A DNA stretch of 64,000 nucleotides. Origin: Pseudomonadota bacterium (GTDB lineage: Bacteria; Pseudomonadota; Gammaproteobacteria; Steroidobacterales; JBCBZW01). The stretch lies in contig JBCCWS010000005.1 in NCBI GenBank assembly GCA_039193195.1, positions 154,637 through 218,636 of the forward strand, read 5' to 3'. The notes under the pieces were generated by a model that was not told where the DNA came from, did no database searches, and saw nothing but the letters and a program-made list of their open reading frames with translations. Shown in pieces: positions 44,363 through 52,134 of the stretch. The position numbers were made by a program, and so were the translations under genes. Numbering within the stretch: position 1 is the stretch's first letter; every line of letters starts with the position of its first letter.

Positions 44363-46258
44363 CTAGTCGTCGTTCAAGATCAGGCTAGAGGCCCCGGTGC
44401 GCTCGTAGAGTGGGTCGCCGTTACCGACTGCGTCGCTCCAGAGGTAGCCGTCGGACCACAGATAGCCGTCGCTCCAGAGGTAGCCGTCGGACCATAGGTA
44501 ACCGTCGGACCACAGATAGCCATCGCTCCAAAGGTAGCCGTCACTCCAGAGGTAGCCATCGGACCACAGGTAGCCCGAGGCGAAGGCAGTGTTGCCCCAG
44601 AGGTTGGCGGTGTCCTCCACCAGCACGCCGTCTTGACCAGGCACGTGCTGCATCAGCGGCGAGAGGGCTTGGCCGGAGACCACGACGGTCTCGTTCATGG
44701 CCGCGTCGATATCGAGCAGTCCTGCGCCGCCTTCGGTCGGGTCCACGTCCAGCTTGCGAGCGGAGAGCATCAGGCGTGCTTTCACGGTGGCTGGACTCAG
44801 GCTCGGGTCCTTCTGCAGCATCAAGGCAGCTGCGGCGGCAACCATCGGGGCTGCCATGCTAGTGCCCGACAGGGACAGGTAGTCGTCGTCGCAGCCGGCT
44901 ACGTTGCAGGCGACTACGCGGTCCGGCAGATCCGCACGCAGGGCGGCGCCATCGGGGATCGGAGCCACCACGCGGTTGCCCGGCGCCACCAGATCCGGCT
45001 TCAGCACGTGGTCGATGAGGGTCGGCCCGCGGCTGGAGAAGGATGAGATGAAGTCGTCGCTGTAGTCGAGGCCAGTCCCCATGTCGGTCAGAGAGCCGAC
45101 CGTGATGATCTTGCGCGAGATACCTGGGCTCTTGATGGTGAAGTGCCCGTTGTTGCCCAGGTTGCCCGCAGCGGCGATCACCACCATGCCGGCATCCCAG
45201 AGTGCCTCGACGCCGGCCACCAGCGGATCGGTATCGATCGACTCGGTGACGCCCTTGCCGAGCGACATGTTCACGACTTTGATATCGAAGTACTGGCCGT
45301 AGGTCAGCAGCCAGTCGATGGCGGCTAAGGTGTCGGATACGCCGCCCTGACCGGTACCGTCGAGGACGCGAAGGGAGAGTATGCCGGCACCTTCCGCGGC
45401 GCCGCGGAATACGTCACCGGAGTTGCCGCCATGGCCGGCGATGATGCCTGCCACGTGGGTGCCGTGACCGTACACGTCGGCTCGGCCCGTATCTTCGTAG
45501 TCGTCGATCTCGCCGTCGTCGATCTCGGGCGCGGGATAGTTACCGCCAACGAAGTCGTACTGCAAGATCTGGGCGTCGAGGTCCGCATGTTGGGACACAC
45601 CGGTGTCGATCACCGCGACATTGACGCCGGTACCCGAGAAGGCGCTGTTGGCCGAACTGGTGTGCGGCACTTTGGCGGCGTTGCGAGAGGCTACCGACGC
45701 GACGCTCACCACCTCGTCGAGGGCGAGATGGTCGACGTTCTCGTCGATCGCGAGACTATCGATCACGTCAGCTGGCAGGGTAACTGCGCGCATGTCGAGC
45801 GTGCGATAGCTGTGGGTCACCGTGCCACCGAGCTGCGCCACCTTGGCGTCGTCGAACAGCTCCGGGTGCGTCTCGTAGCTCACCACCACGCTCACGGGGG
45901 CGTTGCCACCGGCAGCCGCGAGCTGGGCGAGGGGGGCGCTCATCTTCGCGCGAGCCGCGTCGATCTGCGACGGTGACAGGGTGCTGTGTAAATCGATGGA
46001 CACGGGCGCAGAGACCGTCGCGTTAGCCGTCTGCATGGCGAGAGCGACGGTGTCGGCGTCGACGCCAATCGTGTTGGAAGTGTCAGGTGCACCACCGACA
46101 GGCGCCACTGCGTTGGAGGGCACCGTTACGGTGCTGCCAAACAGCGGACCGTGCAGCGGACCGGCGAAGGACTCGTTGGCGGGCGTGTGAGCGATGGACC
46201 ACACGTATCCGGCAACAAGGGCGGTTGAGACCGCGGCAATCTGGAGTGAAGTTTTCAT
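44363..46258 (-). CDS. S8 subtilisin-like serine protease with C-terminal (GYLWSD)x8 array, paralog 2
   Basis: ORF 44363..46369(-). ATG at 46258 ('MKTSLQIAAVSTALVAGYVWSI'). Same architecture as paralog 1, roughly three-quarters identical by eye. Triad contexts 'VNVAVIDTGV', 'HGTHVAGII', 'LSGTSMAAPMVAAAAALM'. The C-terminus is '...WGNTAFAS(GYLWSD)8AVGNGDPLYERTGASSLILNDD'. Confidence 0.9.
   Translation of the reverse strand: MKTSLQIAAVSTALVAGYVWSIAHTPANESFAGPLHGPLFGSTVTVPSNAVAPVGGAPDTSNTIGVDADTVALAMQTANATVSAPVSIDLHSTLSPSQIDAARAKMSAPLAQLAAAGGNAPVSVVVSYETHPELFDDAKVAQLGGTVTHSYRTLDMRAVTLPADVIDSLAIDENVDHLALDEVVSVASVASRNAAKVPHTSSANSAFSGTGVNVAVIDTGVSQHADLDAQILQYDFVGGNYPAPEIDDGEIDDYEDTGRADVYGHGTHVAGIIAGHGGNSGDVFRGAAEGAGILSLRVLDGTGQGGVSDTLAAIDWLLTYGQYFDIKVVNMSLGKGVTESIDTDPLVAGVEALWDAGMVVIAAAGNLGNNGHFTIKSPGISRKIITVGSLTDMGTGLDYSDDFISSFSSRGPTLIDHVLKPDLVAPGNRVVAPIPDGAALRADLPDRVVACNVAGCDDDYLSLSGTSMAAPMVAAAAALMLQKDPSLSPATVKARLMLSARKLDVDPTEGGAGLLDIDAAMNETVVVSGQALSPLMQHVPGQDGVLVEDTANLWGNTAFASGYLWSDGYLWSDGYLWSDGYLWSDGYLWSDGYLWSDGYLWSDGYLWSDAVGNGDPLYERTGASSLILNDD
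44432..44575 (-). repeat. 8 x 18-bp in-frame tandem repeat encoding GYLWSD
   Basis: Units begin at 44432, 44450, 44468, 44486, 44504, 44522, 44540 and 44558. Leu is encoded by CTC, CTG, CTA and CTT. Ser is encoded by AGC, AGT and TCC. All eight translate to GYLWSD. Confidence 0.95.
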
Positions 46259-46371
46259 TGTTCGGTTCCCGGTTGTCTTGCTGGCAGCCACGTTTGCTGC
46301 AGGCCGTTGTATTTCAGCGCCTCGTGCGGGAACTGGCGCGGACGTTTCGCGATGGAGTTTCGGGTCCATTG

Positions 46372-46400
46372 TGATGCGCTCCGCATAAGCAAGGGGTCAA
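46372..46400 (-). promoter_or_regulatory. Conserved leader/promoter-like block upstream of S8 paralog 2
   Basis: On the minus strand it reads TTGACC-N17-GCATCA within 'TTATGCGGAGCGCATCACA'. This is the same arrangement and distance from the ATG as 44093..44121. Confidence 0.3.
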
Positions 46401-46559
46401 GTCGATTTGGCGGGTCCGGCGCCGGCGTTCTGGAAAGTCAACCGCTCGCTTATGACGAGTAGCAGGCCGAACGGGCTAGTGAAAGCAATCGGTATAGAGT
46501 GAACTCTCTGAAGAACGACCCGAAAGTCCAGAGGTAGTGAATGGAGAAGGTGCGGGAGT

Positions 46560-47075
46560 GGATGTTGTGCATTGCGCTTGAGGTGCTGGATGGTTCCGGC
46601 GCCAGTCACCAGCGTTTGGCCGTGTCGGTGCACTCACCGCCAACCGTGGAGGCGGGGTTCTTACGTCGCATCGCCTCGACTGATCTGGCTGCACAGTACG
46701 ATCACCCAAGCTGGCGGCTACCGAAGCGGCGCGATCTCGTGGCGGAGGGCCTCGCCTTGTTGGCGTGTTCCGCGCAGGCCTACGGCGCTCGCCTGCCCTT
46801 GGCCGAGCGAGCAGCTGGACTCTTCGGGCGGAGATCCGGCGAGGCCTAGGCGAGGATAAACCATCACCGGCATCGTGCCGCTGCACGATGAAGACCTCGA
46901 TTCGACCACGGTCGCCGCGCCGCCGGGGACATGGCGGGCCCTCGTGACCGCAGGGGCAGCGCCTTGCGGCGTACGAGCACGACGGGCATGTCCGGCTGCG
47001 CCAGGCGGTCGAGCACGGCCCCCGCTTGCGGGCCCGCGCGAGCGTGCGCGCCGCGGGCTTCCCGACTATCTTCCT
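46560..47075 (-). pseudogene. Possible decayed toxin-antitoxin pair (Phd/YefM-like antitoxin + PIN/VapC-like toxin)
   Basis: Minus-strand fragments in shifting frames. 'AVLDRLAQPDMPVVLVRR' resembles the antitoxin core '...L(L/I)DRV..GE.VVITRRGK'. 'HGQTLVTGAGTIQH' resembles the VapC C-terminal 'HG.TLVTRN..DF'. No intact ORF of either remains. This is weak, by-eye evidence. Confidence 0.3.
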
Positions 47076-47221
47076 GGAAGTCTGTAACTCACTGAGTTGA
47101 AAAAGACGCTGAGTGGCTTGTTCCAAAGCGAGGAGCCTGGAAGTCGAGTGTTCGCGGCGGAGGGATGCTTTTGCGCAGTCGCCGTGCTGTGCCCGTTCGT
47201 TCCACCAGGAGGAATCCCCTC

Positions 47222-47455
47222 GTGCTGACCTCGTTCACCTACTTCGTCTACCTCACGCTGAGCATCGTCGTCACTGTATACGTCTCGCGCACGCTCCGTT
47301 ACAGCGGGCTCGCGTTTCTCATCGAGGGGTTCGGTGGCAACGTCGAGCTGGCGAAGTCCACCCTTCATCCCCATGCCTCCTACCGGGAGCTGCAGGAGGC
47401 TCGCCGGCGTGTCAACGAGCAAGCCACCCTCGAGGCCGCGCCGACAACACGCTGA
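47222..47455 (+). CDS. Small membrane protein (one TM)
   Basis: The GTG at 47222 is preceded by AGGAGG at 9 nt. 'VLTSFTYFVYLTLSIVVTVYVSRTL' TM helix. 77 aa. Confidence 0.45.
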   Translation: MLTSFTYFVYLTLSIVVTVYVSRTLRYSGLAFLIEGFGGNVELAKSTLHPHASYRELQEARRRVNEQATLEAAPTTR

Positions 47456-47570
47456 GGCCGTGTCGTCATTCTGGCGCGGTCCGAGGGCGAGCGGATCAAC
47501 GGAGCGGTCAGCCTTACGCATGCGGGGTATAATTCGAGGGTCCGCTAGCCCGTGACCGCCAAAGGATGGC

Positions 47571-48272
47571 ATGCGCTTCACCTGTTTACCCTGTCCTCGC
47601 GCGTTGCTTGGTGCGACCGCGCTGCTTTCGATCACGCCGATCGCCGCGTCCGCGCCGCCAACGCTGCTGCTGCAGGCCACCACCAGCTTGCAGCATCGCG
47701 GCCTGAGCCGTTCCGCAGGGCACCCTGCCGCAGCCATCAGCATAGATCAGCCCTTGGGGGATGCGGCGTACCTAGGCGTGACATTTGCCACCATCGACCT
47801 GCCGGGCCGGCCTGACGAGATCCGTCGCACGCTGGTGGAGAGTTATCTCGGTCGAAGCGTAAGCGTGGGCGACAACTGGCGTTTGCGCGGTGATCTGGTG
47901 CGCTACGACTTTCCCAACGCGCTCGAGTTCAGCTACACGGAGATTGCCCTGGGCTGGAGCTTTCGCCAGGCCATCTCTGGCCGCTTGACCTACACGCGCG
48001 ACGCCCTCGGGGAGAACGAGCCGGGCGGTGCTGTAGAGCTGAGCGGCCACTATCCGCTCGCCGATCGTTGGCGCCTCACGGCCACCGGTGGCGCCCAGTT
48101 CTTCGATCGTGATACCTGGAACAATCACGGCTTCTGGCGCCTGGGCGTGCAGTGGCTGCACCAGCGGGTGGCCGTGCAGCTGGCGGGCGAGGGCACGCTG
48201 GGAGATGTGAACGGTATCCAGGGCGATCGCGGGGATGCGCGCCTAGTCCTGAGTATCAGCTACGCCCGCTAG
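47571..48272 (+). CDS. Putative outer-membrane beta-barrel protein (TIGR02001/Gcw_chp-like)
   Basis: Signal peptide 'ALLGATALLSITPIAASA'. 'LQHRGLSRSAGHPAAAISIDQPLGDAAYLGVTFATID' resembles the Y/F-R-G-x-S-x-T...pAlqg block of that family. The sequence has alternating beta-strand character. Confidence 0.5.
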   Translation: MRFTCLPCPRALLGATALLSITPIAASAPPTLLLQATTSLQHRGLSRSAGHPAAAISIDQPLGDAAYLGVTFATIDLPGRPDEIRRTLVESYLGRSVSVGDNWRLRGDLVRYDFPNALEFSYTEIALGWSFRQAISGRLTYTRDALGENEPGGAVELSGHYPLADRWRLTATGGAQFFDRDTWNNHGFWRLGVQWLHQRVAVQLAGEGTLGDVNGIQGDRGDARLVLSISYAR

Positions 48273-48285
48273 CGCCGCTCGATCC

Positions 48286-49530
48286 TCACTCGCAGGAGGT
48301 GCCCGCAATCGAATCGAGGGCGCGGCAAGCGTTCACGACGGCGCCCGCCGGTACCGTGTCGGCACTCGACCTAAGAGCTTCGTAAACTGCGCCGGGTGAT
48401 GCGTCCGGCTGTCGCTCGCGGATGAGGGCCACCACGCCACTGACGTGTGCGGTGGCGAAGGACACGCCCTGCATGAAGTCGAAGGCATCGCGGGGCACGG
48501 TGGTGAGGACGTCGGCGCCCGGGGCGGAGATCGCGCCGTCCACGGGCGCCGATGTGACCGCGATGACGCCGTCGATCGCGGTGGGGAACTGGGCGCGAGT
48601 GTCCGCCACTTGGGGGCCGACCACGACGATTCCTTTCGCGAGCGCCTCGTCCACGAGGCGGGTCAGCAACGGATCGGCTGGCCCCGCCAGGCTCAAGTTC
48701 ACCACGTCAACGGACTTGTCGATGGCGCGGTCCAGGGCCCGGGCTAAGGTGAAGGAGTCGCAGCGACCCACGCTGCCTGCCGAGCCTGGCGCGTCCCAGC
48801 ATGCGCGGTAGGCGAACAGCGCCACGTCCGGTGCCACGCCGTAGCCGCCTAGGCCGTTGCCTGCGATGGCGCCGATGACCCCTGCCACGGCTGTGCCGTG
48901 GACCTCTGCCGCGTGCTCGCCAGGCACGAAGTTGCGCGACTCGCGGATGCGCTTGCGCAGATCGCGATGGCGCGCGTCTATTCCCGTGTCGATCACGGCG
49001 ACGCGCACGCCCTTGCCCGTGGCCCAGCGATGCGCCTTGTCGATGGCCATGGCTGTATGGGCGGCTTGTAGGGCGGCGTACGGATCGTCGGGCGCCATCG
49101 TGCCGCGCACGTCAAAGGCATTTAGCGGTTGTGCCGACTCCACCTGTCGATCCGCGCGCAGGGCCTGCAGCACTTGTTGGCGCGTGCGCACAGGTTCGGC
49201 CTTCGCCTCCACCAGCGCGCAGTACACGCCTAGGGAGGCCATTTGCCAGCCATCTATGATCTGCAGTGCGTGGCGGCGGGCGATGCCGCGCAAGCGCCTT
49301 TGCACTAGTGCCGAGGGTTCATAGCCGCGGCGCACGGCGTAGGCACCCGTCTCGCCGGGAATCGCCACGCGCTGGTTGTGGTGGGGATCGACGATAGTGA
49401 TCAGCATGCGACCGTCGCCGTCGTTCTGCGGCTGGTGGGGCTCCACAGCCCCGGCGAAGGCGGTCACCTGCCCCAGGAGGAGCAGTAGGCTCGCCATGAG
49501 CGTGCGCGGGAACATCTTAAGGACGTCCAT
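48286..49530 (-). CDS. S8 subtilisin-like serine protease (third S8 in window, no GYLWSD repeats)
   Basis: Signal peptide 'LMASLLLLLGQVTAFAG'. Propeptide-like region. Triad contexts 'VRVAVIDTGIDARHRDL', 'HGTAVAGVIGA', 'MQGVSFATAHVSGVVALI'. The start is ATG 49530 or ATG 49515, the latter 1 nt after the upstream TAA. Confidence 0.85.
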   Translation of the reverse strand: MDVLKMFPRTLMASLLLLLGQVTAFAGAVEPHQPQNDGDGRMLITIVDPHHNQRVAIPGETGAYAVRRGYEPSALVQRRLRGIARRHALQIIDGWQMASLGVYCALVEAKAEPVRTRQQVLQALRADRQVESAQPLNAFDVRGTMAPDDPYAALQAAHTAMAIDKAHRWATGKGVRVAVIDTGIDARHRDLRKRIRESRNFVPGEHAAEVHGTAVAGVIGAIAGNGLGGYGVAPDVALFAYRACWDAPGSAGSVGRCDSFTLARALDRAIDKSVDVVNLSLAGPADPLLTRLVDEALAKGIVVVGPQVADTRAQFPTAIDGVIAVTSAPVDGAISAPGADVLTTVPRDAFDFMQGVSFATAHVSGVVALIRERQPDASPGAVYEALRSSADTVPAGAVVNACRALDSIAGTSCE

Positions 49531-50161
49531 CGTTGCCGTCGCCGCTGCCGCGGGCGTCGGTCACCGGCTCGGCGAATACGACGCGATCGTCAGCACGCAA
49601 GCTCTCTAAGGCTACCTCCACAGCGCGATCATCCGCACCGGCGAGGGAGAGATCAAAAACACCGCCCGAGGTGGGGCCTGCGCTTACCTGGGCGTCTATC
49701 GACTGCAGCAGCGAGCGCAATTCCGCGAGCGAGGTGTCGGGGTTGAACACCACGCGCAGCTGTGTGCTCGGCGCAGGTCCCTGCTGATCCGAATACGTCT
49801 CGTAGCCGATAGTCGGGCCCTGCAGACTCGGGAGCCAGAGGGCGACGACGGCGAGGGAGGCGGCGAGGGCGACGATGGCCGCCGTCTGCGTGCGCACGAT
49901 CCACCAGGGCGCCCCCTCGCCCGGTGAGGGTTGCTCCTCGGTGGGGAGAGTGCTCGTGGTTTCGGCCGGCGCCTGTGTGTCGATGCGCGACATCAGGTTC
50001 TGAAGCCCGTGCTCGGCGCTCATGCCGGCGGCCTCGCTGCGCGCCATCTCCTCATCGCTGCGCTGGTGCAGGGAGCGGGCCAGCAGGTTCCATCCTGCAT
50101 CGTCTGCCAGCTCGGGCGCTAGGCGGGCGCGATTCGTGTCGTCGTCTTGTGGGTTGCTCAT
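49517..50161 (-). CDS. Single-pass membrane protein (candidate anti-sigma factor, no zf-HC2)
   Basis: ORF 49517..50275(-). The ATG at 50161 is 2 nt after the sigma gene's TGA. TM 'TAAIVALAASLAVVALWL'. The periplasmic C-terminal domain 'LRVVFNPDTSLAELRSLLQSIDAQVSAGPTSGGVFDLSL...ESLRADDRVVFAEPV' resembles the C-terminal domain seen in many proteobacterial anti-sigma factors. Confidence 0.6.
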   Translation of the reverse strand: MSNPQDDDTNRARLAPELADDAGWNLLARSLHQRSDEEMARSEAAGMSAEHGLQNLMSRIDTQAPAETTSTLPTEEQPSPGEGAPWWIVRTQTAAIVALAASLAVVALWLPSLQGPTIGYETYSDQQGPAPSTQLRVVFNPDTSLAELRSLLQSIDAQVSAGPTSGGVFDLSLAGADDRAVEVALESLRADDRVVFAEPVTDARGSGDGNDGRP

Positions 50162-50163
50162 CG

Positions 50164-50790
50164 TCAGGCTCCCAGGGCGTCTGCCAGGTCGGTGCCCAGG
50201 CCGGTCGCTTTGAGCGCATCGCGCATCCGCTTCCGAGCGTGGAACATGCGTGTCTTCACCGTGTTCACCGGACAATCCGCCATCTCGGCAATCTCCGGAT
50301 ACGAGTGACCCATGACCAGGGCGAGCTCCACCATGAGTCGCTGGTCGGCGGGTAGGGACTTGAGGGCGACGTTGGCCACTTCCTGCTGGACGAGGGCGTC
50401 GTCAGGGAGGGGGCCATCGTCTTCGGCGCTCTCCAGGTACTGGTCCGGTTCATCGCGCTCGCCGCCGCCTGAGGCGACGAGGCGAAGGCGACTCGTCTCC
50501 CGGCGCAGGTGCTTGAGCGCCCGGCGGTAGGCGATGCCCATGAGCCAGGTGGACACGCGGGAGCGTCCCTCGAAGGTGCCGGCGTCGCGCCAGACCACCA
50601 TGAATACATCATTGACCACTTCCTCCGCGTCTTCGGGCCGGCGGACTACGCGCAGCGCGAAGCGCATCAATTTTCCGTGGTAGGCCAGGTACAGCGCCTG
50701 CAGCGCCGCCTTGTCCTGGCGGGAGATCCTCGACATCAACTGGTTGTCGTCGCCTGCGTCTCGCCGGGTCATCCCTTCGCTACCACTCAC
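50164..50790 (-). CDS. ECF-type RNA polymerase sigma factor
   Basis: Region 2 'ALQALYLAYHGKLMRFALRVVRRPEDAEEVVNDVFMVVW...STWLMGIAYRRALKHLR'. Region 4 'LPADQRLMVELALVMGHSYPEIAEMADCPVNTVKTRMFHARKRMRD'. Confidence 0.85.
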   Translation of the reverse strand: MSGSEGMTRRDAGDDNQLMSRISRQDKAALQALYLAYHGKLMRFALRVVRRPEDAEEVVNDVFMVVWRDAGTFEGRSRVSTWLMGIAYRRALKHLRRETSRLRLVASGGGERDEPDQYLESAEDDGPLPDDALVQQEVANVALKSLPADQRLMVELALVMGHSYPEIAEMADCPVNTVKTRMFHARKRMRDALKATGLGTDLADALGA

Positions 50791-50973
50791 GTTGCTGGTT
50801 TGCTCGTAGGTACCGCCCCACCCCGAAAAGGTTCAAGCGACCGTTCATCGCCGCTCGACGCGGCGTTTGAACCGCCGACGAGTGGGCTGGGACATAACGG
50901 GTAAGCGTGGGCGAGCAGCGCAGTGCGCGCGCCCACAGGTCCATCCGCATTCACTCGAGTGAGCCCTGACATC

Positions 50974-52134
50974 ATGGTTGCCTCCGCCGCCCTCGCCCTG
51001 CAATTGGTCGACGATCAGTACACGCAAACCCAAGTGTTCCCTGCCGGTACCGAGTTGGCCAGCACTTGCGTTCACCTTCCCGCGCGCCCGAGACGCAAGA
51101 CCGCGGCCGTGGGCGATGAGATCAACGGCCGTTTCCTGTTGCAGGCAGAGATCGGTCGCGGCGGCATGGGGAGGGTGTTCAAGGCCCTGGACAAGCGCAA
51201 GCTGGAGGCCCACTCGCGAGCCCCGCATGTGGCGATCAAGGTGATGACCGTGGCGGAGATCGGGGTCGAGGCGGCGACCGTCGCGTTGGAGCGTGAAGTA
51301 CAACGCTCTCAGTCGCTTACGCACCGTCATATCGTGCGAGTCAACGACTTCGATCGCGATGGTGACACGGTGTTCGCCACCATGGAGTTGCTCGAGGGCG
51401 ATTCCCTGCGCAAGCGCATCGACGCCGCCGGCCCAGGTGGGCTGGCCCCCACGCTGGCGCGGCGCCTCGTGCGCCAGGCCGGCGAGGCGCTGGCCTACGC
51501 GCACGCCAACGGCATCCTCCACGCGGACTTCAAGCCCAGCAACGTGTTCGTGACCCGCGACGCAGACGCGAAGGTGATCGACTTCGGCATCGCCCGCGCC
51601 TACCAACCTAACGCCGCAGCCCTGGAACAGACCCGCTTCGATCCTCGGGCGCTGGGTGCGATGACCCCTGCCTACGCCAGCCCGGAGATGCTCGAGCACA
51701 AGGCCCCCGATCCGCGCGACGATGTTTACGCCCTTGGCTGCGTCGCCTACGAGGCGCTCACGGGCACCCATCCCTTCGGTCGAATGCCTGCCAACCAAGC
51801 GCGCGACTTAGGCCATCGCCCGCCTAGGCCAGCAAAGCTGAACCGCCGTGAATGGGCGGCGCTCGAACGCACCCTGCGTTTCGATCGCGCCTCGCGCACG
51901 CCAACCGTCGCCCAGTTTGTCGAGGCCTTCGTGCGCGCGAGTGGGCGCCGCCCGACCCGAACGCGCCGGCGCCGCTTGCCGGTCGTAAGCGTGCTCCTGG
52001 CCATGGCAGGGATGGCGGTGGCGGCGCCCTGGGCCCTGCTCCCCTCGCCCGCTGACGAGGCGATGGCGGGCGCTTCGCCCTCGACCGTAGCGATGTTCGA
52101 AGCGACAGAACTCAGAACACTAGATGTCCGCTAG
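50974..52134 (+). CDS. Hanks-type Ser/Thr protein kinase with C-terminal TM anchor
   Basis: ORF 50923..52134(+); the start is uncertain (GTG 50923 or ATG 50974). 'IGRGGMGRVFKA', 'VAIKVM', 'HRHIVRVNDF', 'ILHADFKPSNVFV', 'KVIDFGIA', 'TPAYASPE'. C-terminal TM 'LPVVSVLLAMAGMAVAAPWALL'. Confidence 0.85.
   Translation: MVASAALALQLVDDQYTQTQVFPAGTELASTCVHLPARPRRKTAAVGDEINGRFLLQAEIGRGGMGRVFKALDKRKLEAHSRAPHVAIKVMTVAEIGVEAATVALEREVQRSQSLTHRHIVRVNDFDRDGDTVFATMELLEGDSLRKRIDAAGPGGLAPTLARRLVRQAGEALAYAHANGILHADFKPSNVFVTRDADAKVIDFGIARAYQPNAAALEQTRFDPRALGAMTPAYASPEMLEHKAPDPRDDVYALGCVAYEALTGTHPFGRMPANQARDLGHRPPRPAKLNRREWAALERTLRFDRASRTPTVAQFVEAFVRASGRRPTRTRRRRLPVVSVLLAMAGMAVAAPWALLPSPADEAMAGASPSTVAMFEATELRTLDVR

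Noticed and set aside
46476-47126. 216-aa minus-strand ORF and 102-aa plus-strand ORF (46541..46849) in the gap after S8 paralog 2.
   Set aside because: Extreme Arg/Pro/Ala composition typical of out-of-frame GC-rich sequence. There is no RBS or domain. The region is better explained as decayed (TA-like) DNA.
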